Origin: an uncultured delta proteobacterium
GTDB lineage: Bacteria > Myxococcota_A > Polyangia > Haliangiales > Haliangiaceae
Length of the DNA stretch: 64,000 nt
Direction of reading: 5' to 3'
NCBI GenBank assembly: GCA_963848295.1
Contig: CAWKDB010000010.1
Location: 3,616,001-3,680,000, forward strand
This document shows positions 39,452 through 48,900 of this stretch, one piece after another (within the stretch, counting starts at the first letter, position 1; every line of letters begins with the position of its first letter). The notes under the pieces are model-generated. The model ran no database searches. It was not told the DNA's origin and saw nothing but the letters and a program-made list of their open reading frames with translations. A program made the position numbers and the translations under genes.

Positions 39452-41324
39452 CGCCGAGCGCGACGAGCAACGCGACGACAAACAGCACCGCGAGGATCCA
39501 CGGCGGGATCGCCTTGGCCGGTTGCGCCGCAGCGGCCGCCCAATCGATCGCGTGCGGATATTGGTCGCCGACCGGCGACATCAGATTCGCCGCCGCCTTC
39601 GGATCGCTGGCCGGGACCTGCGCCCGGCCAGCAGCGCTGCCGAATGGCAGCGCGGTTGGATCGATGCTGGGCTCGAACACAGGTGCGCGCTGCGGTGGCG
39701 GGGTATTGCTCGGCGCGAGATCGCTCGACCACGGCCGACCGCCGGCCATGACCGGGTAGGGTGACGCCGGGCCGGGCGGATACGAGCCGGGTGGCTGCGA
39801 CGGTCCCGCGCGCTGCGGCGCCCCGTCGTCCGGGGGGCGCGCGACCGGTTGACTCGCGGTCTGCGCGCGAGCCGGGTCGACGATCTCGCCGCCGATCTGA
39901 GTCGGCGCGAGCGCCGGCTCTTGCTGGGTCTTGCGCTGGACCGCGGGGCGCGGGCCGCTCGGTCGATCGAGGCGCACCTGGGGACCGGTCGGCGGCGCCG
40001 GCAATGGCGCGGGGCCGCCGGTGATCGAGCCGGTCGGCACGCGCATCGGCTGGGGGGTGTGGCGCGCGGCGTGGGCCGCGTCGAGCTCGCGCACCTTGTC
40101 GAGCGGGTTGGCCTCGATCCGCGTGCGGTCGGCGGGGATCTCGTCTTCGTCGTCGGGGTTCCCGATGCCGGCCACGACCTCCTCGAGCGACGCACTGCCG
40201 ACCGAGATCTCCATGACGTCGCTGCTCTCGAGATCGAGCGACTCCTCTTTGTCGCCGCCGAGGTTCACGGTCTCGGCCTTCTTGTCGTCGTCACTCCAGC
40301 GGATGCCGGTGTCGACCGAAACCTCGCGGCCCGAGATCAGCTCGCGCATCCGCTCGCCGTGCTCTTCGATCTCTTGCTTGAAGTACTGATCGAAGAACCG
40401 CGACAGCTCCGCCGGACCCGAACCTTTGCCGCGATGGTGCAGGTACCCGAGCATCGCGTCGCCGAACGCCTCTGCGGTCGGATAGCGCTCGTCCTTGTCC
40501 TTCGCGACGGCCTTGAGCACGATCTCGTCGATCGCCGGATCGAGCTCGTGGTTGATCGCCGACGGTGCCGGTACCGCGCATTCGATCACGGCTTGATAGG
40601 TCTCGTATGCCGACCCTCGCTTGAACAAGCGCTTGCCGGTGAGCAGCTCGTGCACGATCACGCCGAGCGCGAACACGTCGGTGCGGCGATCGACGTTGGT
40701 CGCGATGCATTGCTCGGGCGACATGTACGCGAACTTGCCTTTGATCGTGCCGGCCTTCGTCTTGGTCTCGCGCAGCTCGGCGCGGGCGATGCCGAAGTCG
40801 ACGACCTTGACGATCCCCTCGAAGCTGATCACGAGGTTCTGCGGCGAGATATCGCGATGCACCATGATCAGAGGCTTGCCGTTCGCGGTCCGCTCGTGCG
40901 TGTAGTGCAGCCCGGCCGCCGCTTGGGCCGCGATGTTGAGGATGAGCTGGGTCGGCAAGCGGCCACCCGCGAGCCGCTCGTTCGTGCGCCGCACGATCAT
41001 CGCCAGCGACAGGCCGGCGAGAAACTCCATGACCATGTAATAGCGGTTCTCGTGCTCGCCGAGCTCGAACGTCTGGACGATGTTCGAGTGGTCGAGCATC
41101 GCCGCGAGCCGGGCCTCGTCGAGAAACATCGACACGAAGTCGGCGTCGTCGGCGAGGTGGTCGTGCAGGCACTTGACGACGACGTACTTCTCGAACCCCG
41201 CCGTGCCGCCGATGCGCGCGAGATAGATCTCGGCCGTACCACCGAGCGCGAGTAGCGCCAGGATCTCGTACTTGCCTAGTCGCTTGCCGAGCAGCGACCC
41301 GGCCCCGGCCGGAATCCCGGACAT
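39420..41324 (-). CDS. Ser/Thr protein kinase with C-terminal membrane anchor and in-frame repeat insertion
   Basis: LALGGTAEIY, HRDISPQN, DFGIA, YMSPEQ; Pro-rich linker containing IDPTALPFGSAAGRAQVPA; C-terminal TM. Confidence 0.93.
   Translation of the reverse strand: MSGIPAGAGSLLGKRLGKYEILALLALGGTAEIYLARIGGTAGFEKYVVVKCLHDHLADDADFVSMFLDEARLAAMLDHSNIVQTFELGEHENRYYMVMEFLAGLSLAMIVRRTNERLAGGRLPTQLILNIAAQAAAGLHYTHERTANGKPLIMVHRDISPQNLVISFEGIVKVVDFGIARAELRETKTKAGTIKGKFAYMSPEQCIATNVDRRTDVFALGVIVHELLTGKRLFKRGSAYETYQAVIECAVPAPSAINHELDPAIDEIVLKAVAKDKDERYPTAEAFGDAMLGYLHHRGKGSGPAELSRFFDQYFKQEIEEHGERMRELISGREVSVDTGIRWSDDDKKAETVNLGGDKEESLDLESSDVMEISVGSASLEEVVAGIGNPDDEDEIPADRTRIEANPLDKVRELDAAHAARHTPQPMRVPTGSITGGPAPLPAPPTGPQVRLDRPSGPRPAVQRKTQQEPALAPTQIGGEIVDPARAQTASQPVARPPDDGAPQRAGPSQPPGSYPPGPASPYPVMAGGRPWSSDLAPSNTPPPQRAPVFEPSIDPTALPFGSAAGRAQVPASDPKAAANLMSPVGDQYPHAIDWAAAAAQPAKAIPPWILAVLFVVALLVALGVTIVIAKIVR
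39605..39665. repeat. Family A 57-bp double-hairpin intragenic element, copy 3
   Basis: cgctggccgggacctgcgcccggccagcagcgctgccgaatggcagcgcggttggatcgat; GGATCG(C/A)T repeated at 57-nt offset (39601 and 39658). Confidence 0.93.
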
Positions 41325-41360
41325 CAGGGCAGATCATACCCCGAAGCGGCGCGCGCGGGC

Positions 41361-42146
41361 CTAAACCGTGGTCGTGGTCGACGACGTTGACGTGAACGGC
41401 GACGTGGACTTGATCGGCGCAGCCCGCCTGGCGGGTACTGCGAACACGCTAATCGGGCCGCCGCGAAGATACCCGACACCGAGCATCCAGGTGAGCGGCG
41501 CGGCGATCGCGACGCGTTCGTATCCTCTTGGATAGAGGCTAGTGCGCCACCGCGGCGCGGACCAGCCGTAGAACTGGGCGCCGCTCGAGAACGGATCGAC
41601 ACGGCCGCGGTAGAGCCCGGCGGTGTTGCGATGCTCGCCATGCTTGCGCCAGTTGTTGAGCACGTAGCTGAGCGTATGGTTCGCTTGCGTCGGCGTGCCG
41701 AGGATCTCGACGTGGTACCGGTCGGCAAAGACGCGCCCATGGCGACCGAGCTCGCGATTGAGCTGCTTGGCTGCGGAGATCTTGAAGCTCTGCATGCCGC
41801 GCGCGAGCGAGTCCTTGTTATCGGCCTCGCAGATCATGTGGATGTGCGTGCGCTGCACGCTGAAGTGCACGATGCGGAAGCCAAGCTGGCTGAACGCGGT
41901 CACGACAAGCGCGCGGCGGATCGCGCGATAGGCCTTGTCCGTGCGCAGCCCTGCCGCAGCCGCGACGACGCGCAACGTGATGTGGAGCGGCTTGCTCGGA
42001 TCGAGCGCGGCACGTCGCGCATGGGTGACACCAGCGCGCAGCCCCTTCGGCTTGCGCCCGGCGCCCGGTCGTTTGCCGCCGCGGCGCTGCCCGTTCTTGT
42101 CGAACCTCGGAAACGCCATCTGACGATTACGCAAAGGTAACCCCAT
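41361..42146 (-). mobile_element. Y1 HUH transposase-like nuclease (IS200/RAYT-like) with basic N-terminal extension
   Basis: PLHITLR, SVQRTHIHMI (HUH), GRVFADRYH, YVLNN (catalytic Tyr); RGGKRPGAGRKP extension. The start may be 42119. Confidence 0.85.
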
Positions 42147-42575
42147 GAATCATATGCTACATCCCGTCGACAATCATGTCAATTGATTCGGCATATATAT
42201 GAGGTGGCAATCCAAGGGGGCTTGACGGCTGCGTCCCTGCCTGCGGACGATGACGCTCGCGCGGACAGCCGCTCGCGCTGTCGATCGAGGTCCTCGCTAT
42301 CGATCGTTCGCGGCTGACCTCGCTCACCTGGATGGCTGCGCCGCGATCGATCGGGATGAGCGCGCGGCGATCGAGTTAGCGGCGCACCCGTCCACATCGC
42401 CGCACAGGCTCTGCTACCAGCTTTTGTTCGGGGACGGAAAGCGGCGCGCCCTCTGCCCTTCGTCGACCTTCAAATCGATCCCATGGAACCAACGATCGTG
42501 GCGTCAGCCCACCAACAGGCTCGGCACGGTCTAAGGTGAGACTGCGCGTCACATCGACGATCACGCCAAGCGCAC

Positions 42576-42995
42576 GTGCGCGCGGCGATGCAGCAGGCGT
42601 ACGCGCTCGACGACGCCGACAAGGCGAAGGACAAGATCGAAAGGCTCGCGCGGTCGCTCGACGAGAAGCACCCGAGCGCGGTGGGGTCGCTGCGCGAGGG
42701 TCTCGACGAGACGCTGATGGTGATGAGGCTCGGCGTCGGCGCGATGCTGCGCAAGTCGCTCACGACGACGAACCCGATCGAGAGCACCTTCTCGACAGCA
42801 CGCCGCGTGTCGCGACGCGTGACGCGCTGGCCGAGCGGCACGATAGTGCTGCGCTGGGCGCTCGCGGGGACGATGGAGGCCGAGAAGACGTGGTGGCGGC
42901 TGATGGGCAAGGCCAACATCCCGAAGCTCGTGTCGATGCTGCGCCGGCTCGACCTTACGCGTGTGGTGACGTCGCCAGCGAAACGGGCGGCGTAG
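42576..42995 (+). pseudogene. IS256-family (mutator) transposase C-terminal fragment
   Basis: SLREGLDETL...LRKSLTTTNPIES...VTRW; N-terminal catalytic portion absent. Confidence 0.82.
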
Positions 42996-43007
42996 TACAA
43001 CGCGCTC

Positions 43008-44225
43008 ATGCCAGACTTCGTCGCGACGCGAGACCTCCGCATCAACGCGAGCGAGACACCAGACGAGACCGCGAGCTTGGTAAGCGACGGGCTCGCGCTT
43101 CGCGGACTCCCGGAGCTCGAACTCGTCGGCGTGCCGCTCGCGCACGCCAGCGATGGCGCAGTCATCATCAACCACATCGCGGAGTACACTGCGAATCGCG
43201 CGCGCGTTTCCCCAGGCGAACGCGTGGGAGTCGGAGGCCCGCAGCTCCCGGGCGCGCTCGTCGCCCGATTGGTCGCGAGCGAGAACTCGCCTCGCAAGGG
43301 AATCGGCCGGTTCTTCGGCGGCGGGACGCCCGGCCGCCTCCGTATCGAGGAGCCGATCGATGGCATGAAGCCGCTGGCAACGTTGCTGTCGACCGTTCAG
43401 TTGTGGCGCGCGGAGGCGGCGTTCCAGGCCGATGACGACGATCGTGGGGTCACGACGTTACGTGCGGCCATCGACCTGTTCCCGGGGGACCCAGCGCGGC
43501 GCGAAGGACCGAATTTCGGAATCAAGCACAACTGGGAGAATCATCTCGCCTACGCGATGCTCTGCTCTCGCGTCGATGGTGACGAAGCGATCGAATGCTG
43601 GCAGCGAGCCGCCGCTCGGTGCGCGCGATTCGAGGTGGACAAACTCGGCGATACCGTAGCGGATCTCAACCGCCTCGACCGGGACGCTGTGCTCATGCGC
43701 GCTCGGTTGATCGTCGAGACCAATGCGAAGGTGAAGAAGCAGAACGACATCAACGAGCGTCTCGTCACCGCGCCGTCGCCGATCTGGTGTCCAGCCCATG
43801 ACGATACACACACGGCTCGAGCGGCGCGCAAAATGGCGGTAGTGACGCGCGGACGAGTCTACAGCGGCGAGCCGCTGCTTCGCGATCCAGCTCTCCTCGG
43901 GGCCGCAATCGAACTCGTGCTCGCGCACCGCGGGCGGCCGGCCGCACTCCTGTTCGCTACCGCGGACACCGTCGAGCACTGGGAAGGTGGCGCAGACGCG
44001 GCTCCGCTCGTCGACGCAGGCGTCGCATATGGTACGGGCGATCGCATATTGTCGTTCGGGCTTGCATACGTCGCGCGGCTCGTTGCCGGAGAGATGACGG
44101 CCGCCGAGGTGCGTGTCCTATGCGGTCTCAACGGTGATCCGAGCACGCGTGAGTCTGCACTCGCGAAACTGGCCGCCCTCGAAAAGGCCGAGTTCGAGGA
44201 TCAAGTCGCGGCGATCACCGGGTAG
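43008..44225 (+). CDS. Hypothetical protein, probably horizontally acquired
   Basis: 405-aa ORF with visibly more A/T-ending codons than its neighbours; adjacent to the IS remnant. Confidence 0.65.
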   Translation: MPDFVATRDLRINASETPDETASLVSDGLALRGLPELELVGVPLAHASDGAVIINHIAEYTANRARVSPGERVGVGGPQLPGALVARLVASENSPRKGIGRFFGGGTPGRLRIEEPIDGMKPLATLLSTVQLWRAEAAFQADDDDRGVTTLRAAIDLFPGDPARREGPNFGIKHNWENHLAYAMLCSRVDGDEAIECWQRAAARCARFEVDKLGDTVADLNRLDRDAVLMRARLIVETNAKVKKQNDINERLVTAPSPIWCPAHDDTHTARAARKMAVVTRGRVYSGEPLLRDPALLGAAIELVLAHRGRPAALLFATADTVEHWEGGADAAPLVDAGVAYGTGDRILSFGLAYVARLVAGEMTAAEVRVLCGLNGDPSTRESALAKLAALEKAEFEDQVAAITG

Positions 44226-44535
44226 TCGTTGCTACCTTCCAGGCCCGTGTTACGCGATCCGTGAAGGCGCCGCAGGCACCGAGATCAACAACGCGCGGGA
44301 CACTCTCTGAGATGCTGCTGTCGCCGTCAAAGGCCACGATGTCGACCGCGACCACGACTACGATTGGCGACGGGGCCATCATTCTACAGCTTCCGGAGCT
44401 GATACGTCGTCACAGTGAATGACCGCACCCGCGTCCGTTCTTCGGTGACTGTGGGCTTGCCGTACCGATTGGTGTGCGCACGACTGATCTCGTGGCCGCG
44501 CAACGCCGCCGCTGCCAACCCGTCGATTCGTACGC

Positions 44536-45093
44536 CTACAGCTCCATGATCTCTTTCTCTTTGGCCTTCGCGATGTCCTCGATCGACGCGATGTACTTGT
44601 CGGTGAGCTCCTGGATCTTCTTCTCACCGTTCTTGCGCTCGTCTTCGGTGATCTCCTTGTCTTTCTCGGCATCCTTGATCATGTCCATCGCGTCGCGCCG
44701 CGCCGACCGCACGGCGACGCGCGCTTCCTCGGTCTGCTTGCCGACGGTCTTCGCGAGATCGCGACGGCGCTCCTGGGTCAGCGGCGGAATCGGCAGCCGG
44801 ACGAGCTCGCTATCGGACACCGGGTTGATCCCGAGGTCGCTCGCGCGAATCGCCTTGTCGATGATCGGCAGCATCGACTTCTCCCACGGCTTGACCGTGA
44901 TCAGCCGCGCGTCGACGACCTGCACCGTCGCGACCTGATTCACCGGCGTCGGTGTGCCGTAATAGTCGACCTTGATGCCGTCGAGCATCGACGTGTTCGC
45001 GCGGCCCGTGCGGATCTTCATCAGATCGCGTTTGAATGAATCGACCGCTTTCTTCATGCCGTCTTCGGAGTCCGTGGTGATTTCGTCGATCAT
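44536..45093 (-). CDS. frr: Ribosome recycling factor
   Basis: IRTGRAN, VDYYG, PPLTQERR, KEKEIMEL. Confidence 0.97.
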   Translation of the reverse strand: MIDEITTDSEDGMKKAVDSFKRDLMKIRTGRANTSMLDGIKVDYYGTPTPVNQVATVQVVDARLITVKPWEKSMLPIIDKAIRASDLGINPVSDSELVRLPIPPLTQERRRDLAKTVGKQTEEARVAVRSARRDAMDMIKDAEKDKEITEDERKNGEKKIQELTDKYIASIEDIAKAKEKEIMEL

Positions 45094-45100
45094 GGTCCCT

Positions 45101-45850
45101 CTACTTTAGATCGAAGCGTGTCTGCTGGTTGTCCTTGACGATCGTCGTGCCGACCGGTTCGCCGCACACGACGCGTTGAATGTTGCCGTGGGTCGTCATG
45201 TCGAACACGACGATGCCGAGCTCGTTGTCTCGACACAGCGCGAACGCGGTCGCGTCCATGACCCCGAGGTCTTGCTTGAGCGCGTCGGTGAACGTGACGG
45301 TCTTGTAGCGGCGGGCGTCGCCATGCTTGCGCGGATCTTTGTCGTAGACGCCATCGACCTTCGTCGCCTTCAGCAGGATCTCCGCGCCGATCTCCATCGC
45401 GCGCAGGGCGGCCGCGGTATCGGTGGTGAAGAACGGATTGCCGGTGCCTGCGCCGAAGATCACGATCCGGCCCTTTTCGAGGTGGCGGATCGCGCGGCGG
45501 CGAATGTACGGCTCGGCGAGCTGCGACATCGGAATCGCGGACTGCACGCGGGTGACGACGCCGTGCTTCTCGATCGCTTCTTGCAACGAGACGGCGTTCA
45601 TCACGGTCGCGAGCATGCCGACGTAATCCGCCGACGCTCGATCCATGCCCTTGGCCGATTCCGACACCCCGCGGAAGATGTTGCCGCCGCCGACGACGAC
45701 CGCGAGCTCGACTCCGAGCCGCGCGATATCCGCAATCTCGCCGGCAATTTGCGACAGGATCTGTGGATGGATCCCGTAGCCCTGGTCGCCCATCAGCGCC
45801 TCGCCCGAGATCTTGAGCAGGGCGCGTTTGTAGGCGGGCTTGGCTGTCAT
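45101..45850 (-). CDS. pyrH: UMP kinase
   Basis: [34 protein letters not shown]. Confidence 0.97.
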   Translation of the reverse strand: MTAKPAYKRALLKISGEALMGDQGYGIHPQILSQIAGEIADIARLGVELAVVVGGGNIFRGVSESAKGMDRASADYVGMLATVMNAVSLQEAIEKHGVVTRVQSAIPMSQLAEPYIRRRAIRHLEKGRIVIFGAGTGNPFFTTDTAAALRAMEIGAEILLKATKVDGVYDKDPRKHGDARRYKTVTFTDALKQDLGVMDATAFALCRDNELGIVVFDMTTHGNIQRVVCGEPVGTTIVKDNQQTRFDLK

Positions 45851-45914
45851 GGCCGCAGGACTCTACCCGAAACCTGTTCGAGCGGAGGCGGCGTCGACGC
45901 GATAGAATGAGGCC

Positions 45915-47057
45915 ATGACGCGGCTCTCTGCGGTCGTCGCGTGCGTGGTGGCGCTCGGCGGAGTCGCTCGCGCCGATGGCATCGGCTCGTCGTGCCCGGG
46001 GCTGACGCCGCTCCCGTGGCCGGGCACGACCGCGGTTCCGGTCAACGCGAAGTTGTGGTTGTTCGGCGAAGTCGCTGCGAGCTTCACGCTGACCGACGTT
46101 TCGGGCGCCAAGACCGAGGTGCGCGCGCAATCGTTCATCAGCGACCCGCTCGTTCCGGTGACGCGCGCGACCGTCTCGCTTCGACCGAACACGAAGTATC
46201 ACGCGGTGCTCGGGCACATGACGACCGATTTTGTCACCGGCACGAGCGAGCTGTCGACGCCGCCGCCCGCGCCGACCGGCGTTGCCGTCGATCTCACGGT
46301 CGCTCCGGCGCACCGCGACGAAGTTCCGCTCGCCGGGCTGTGGATCACCGGACAATTCGCGCCGATCACGCCGATCGCGCATGTCGTGGTCCGCGCCGGC
46401 GGGACGCGGGTCGAGCTATATGTTCCGGTCGCCGAGCTCAAGCAGCTCGTTGCCGGGCTCGATCTCCCGGTCGGGCCGGCGACGGTCGAAGTCGAGAGCG
46501 TCGATCTCGCCGGCAACACCAGCGAGCCGGTGATCGTCAAGGTCGTGATCGCGGTCGATCCCGCACTCGACGACACGTTCTGCTATGGCCCGCGCCGGAT
46601 GTGCGGGATCGGACCGACGATGTACATCGCTGGCGTCGCGGTGCTCGTCGCGTTGGCGTTGGTGATGCTGTTGGTCGCCGCGTTGCGGCGGCTCGCGCGG
46701 ATGAAGGATTTCGGCGACTCGCTGTCGCTCCTCGCCGCCGAGGCCGCGCTGCGCTCGCAGCTGTCGATCGTGCTCGTGACCGTGACGGCCGAGATCATGG
46801 CGGCGATCACCGCGAGCGTGCTCGATCACGAGCTGATCGGCGCGGCGATCGCGTCGTTCGCGGCGATCGATATCATCACCTCGATCGCCGGTCGCACGAT
46901 GCTGCGCATGCTCGAGCGCCACGATGCGGTCGCGGAGCTGCGCGGCCACTATCTCGTCGTCGTCACCGGTCGATCCGAGCGCGCGATCAGCTTGTCGCGC
47001 CGCGCGCGGCACCGCGCGAATCGCGCCGACTTGCCGACGTCGAGGCTCAACCGCTAG
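45915..47057 (+). CDS. Membrane protein with exported Ig-like N-terminal region
   Basis: Signal peptide, VDLAGNTS motif, three C-terminal TM segments; TAGAAT 6 nt before ATG. Confidence 0.72.
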   Translation: MTRLSAVVACVVALGGVARADGIGSSCPGLTPLPWPGTTAVPVNAKLWLFGEVAASFTLTDVSGAKTEVRAQSFISDPLVPVTRATVSLRPNTKYHAVLGHMTTDFVTGTSELSTPPPAPTGVAVDLTVAPAHRDEVPLAGLWITGQFAPITPIAHVVVRAGGTRVELYVPVAELKQLVAGLDLPVGPATVEVESVDLAGNTSEPVIVKVVIAVDPALDDTFCYGPRRMCGIGPTMYIAGVAVLVALALVMLLVAALRRLARMKDFGDSLSLLAAEAALRSQLSIVLVTVTAEIMAAITASVLDHELIGAAIASFAAIDIITSIAGRTMLRMLERHDAVAELRGHYLVVVTGRSERAISLSRRARHRANRADLPTSRLNR

Positions 47058-47179
47058 CTCACGCCGCGCATCGCGCCCTCGCGCGCTATCGCAGAGTCTC
47101 GCCCTCGCGGCTGCGCGCGCTGGAGCGGTGCTCGACGGGTCCCTGCGCGCGGCGCGCGGTGGGCGGTGCGGGACCACGG

Positions 47180-47424
47180 GGCTTGAGACCGGACCGGAGG
47201 TAATTCCGCATGGGATGGCGGGGCTGGCTTGAGACCGGACCGGCTTGAGACCGGACCGGAGGTAATTCCGCATGGGATGGGGCTTGAGACCGGACCGGAG
47301 GTAATTCCGCATGGGATGAGACCGGAGCGGAAGTAAGTCCGCATGATGCGGCCGAGACCGGCCGAGACCAGACCGGAGTAATTGCGTCGGGATCGGGACC
47401 GGGGGGCGAGACCGAACCGGAGGT
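47180..47424 (+). repeat. Tandem array (family C, left): about 39-bp unit GGCTTGAGACCGGACCGGAGGTAATTCCGCATGGGATG
   Basis: Full copies at 47180, 47242 and 47281; partial at 47226; degenerate copies near 47317, 47363 and 47407. Confidence 0.92.
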
Positions 47425-47514
47425 GTCCGGCCGGATCTCGGCCAGATTCGGACATCTCGGACAAGCGCGCTCCAAAAATCATGGGGTTGGGATGGTGCAG
47501 TTCTTGCGAACGTC

Positions 47515-48414
47515 ATGCGCGTGACGCGACCTCGCCAAGTCCTTCGCAACCAGTTCCACTTGATCACTCGGCGTTGTGCGAACCGGTGGTTCTTGCTGCG
47601 GCCCGATGCCGCGACGAACAACGCATACGCCTACTGCCTCGCGGTCGCTGCGCAGCGCTGCGGGATGGAGGTGGTCCATACGGTCGCGGAGTCGAATCAC
47701 CACCATACGACGATCTACGACCGCGACGGTCGCTATCCCGAGTTCCTCACGTACTTTCATAGCCTGGTCGCTCGTAGCCAGAACGCGCTGCGCGGGCGGT
47801 GGGAGAACTTCTGGGCCGCGGAGGAGCCGTGCGTGACCCGGCTGCTCGATCGGGAGACCGTGATCGCCAAAGTCGTCTATGCCATCACCAATCCGGTCAA
47901 AGATGGTCTCGTCGCGCGCGTCCACCACTGGCCGGGCGTGAACACGTACACAAATCTCGTGTCGGGGCGGGGCCTGCGGGCAACGCGACCCCGTCACTTC
48001 TTTCGTGATCCGGGTGCGCTGCCCGACGAGATCGAGCTCCGCATGACGATTCCTGCCGAGCTCGGCCCGGCCGACGCGTTCATCGCCGAAGTATGCGCGG
48101 GCGTCGAGCGTGTCGAGCGCGAGGCTGCGGAGGAGCGGCGTAACACCGGTGCGTCGGTCTGCGGGCGCCGTCGAATCCTGGAGCAACGCTGGGACGAGGC
48201 GCCCTCTTCTGTCGCGCCCCGGCGCAGTCTACGTCCGCGCTTCGCGGGCCGGACCGAGTCACGCACAGAGGCGCTTGGCAAGTACCACTCGTTTCTTGCC
48301 GCGTACCGCTTCGCGCTCGCGGTTTGGAGGACGCGAGTCGCCTCGCCGTTTCCATCCGGCACCTATTGGCTCTCGCGCTTCGCCGGCGTGGCTACAGAAC
48401 CCGTTCCGCTTTGA
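47515..48414 (+). mobile_element. REP-associated tyrosine transposase (RAYT)-like HUH nuclease
   Basis: FHLITRRC, ESNHHH (HUH), ENFW, YAITNPVKDGLV...WPG; extra C-terminal domain ending FPSGTYWL. Confidence 0.88.
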
Positions 48415-48556
48415 GCACCTCCGCCACGGCCGAGCTCGACGTCGCTATTAACGCTCGAGCGACAGCCGTGCGTCGCCGCTGCATGGCCAACCGTCGCGGC
48501 GTCGGTGACGCCGTGGGCCAGAGCGCGATCGCGGGAGGACGCGACGCGCGAGATTC

Positions 48557-48878
48557 GACCACCGGTCGGGTCCGTTATCGACCGCCGGGTGGTTGCCGGC
48601 TGCACGATAGGACCTCCGGTCGGGCCCGTGAGGGGCCGGCCTACTACGCTGGCGGCGCGCTTGTCACGACGTGGCAGCGCGAGGACTTACGCTGCACGAT
48701 AGGACCTCCGGTCGGGTCCGTCCCCGGGTCCGTCCCCCAGCGCGAGGACTTACGCTGCACGATAGGACCTCCGGTCGGGTCCGTCCCGGGTCCGTCCCCT
48801 TACGCTGCACGATAGGACCTCCGGTCGGGTCCGTCCCGGGTCGGGTCCGTCCCAGGACCTCCGGTCGGGTCCGTCCCC
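48557..48878 (-). repeat. Tandem array (family C, right): unit on + is TACGCTGCACGATAGGACCTCCGGTCGGGTCCGTCCC
   Basis: Copies near 48599, 48688, 48751 and 48801; truncated at 48854; degenerate at 48557; extra GGGTCCGTCCC sub-repeats. Confidence 0.92.
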
Positions 48879-48900
48879 GATCAGGATCCATCGCAACCTC

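Noticed and set aside
42225..42400. Possible structured RNA or tRNA upstream of the first HUH gene
   Set aside because: Some inverted segments are present, but no cloverleaf, T-loop or recognisable family; cannot be supported without an Infernal search.
42430..42437. Isolated GGGGACGG near the IS256 remnant
   Set aside because: It lacks the rest of the 25-bp family B unit and could be chance.
47180..48878. CRISPR or protein-coding interpretation of the arrays flanking the RAYT-like gene
   Set aside because: Units are directly tandem without unique spacers; the ORFs crossing them (e.g. 47054-47482, 48324-48815) just translate the repeats.
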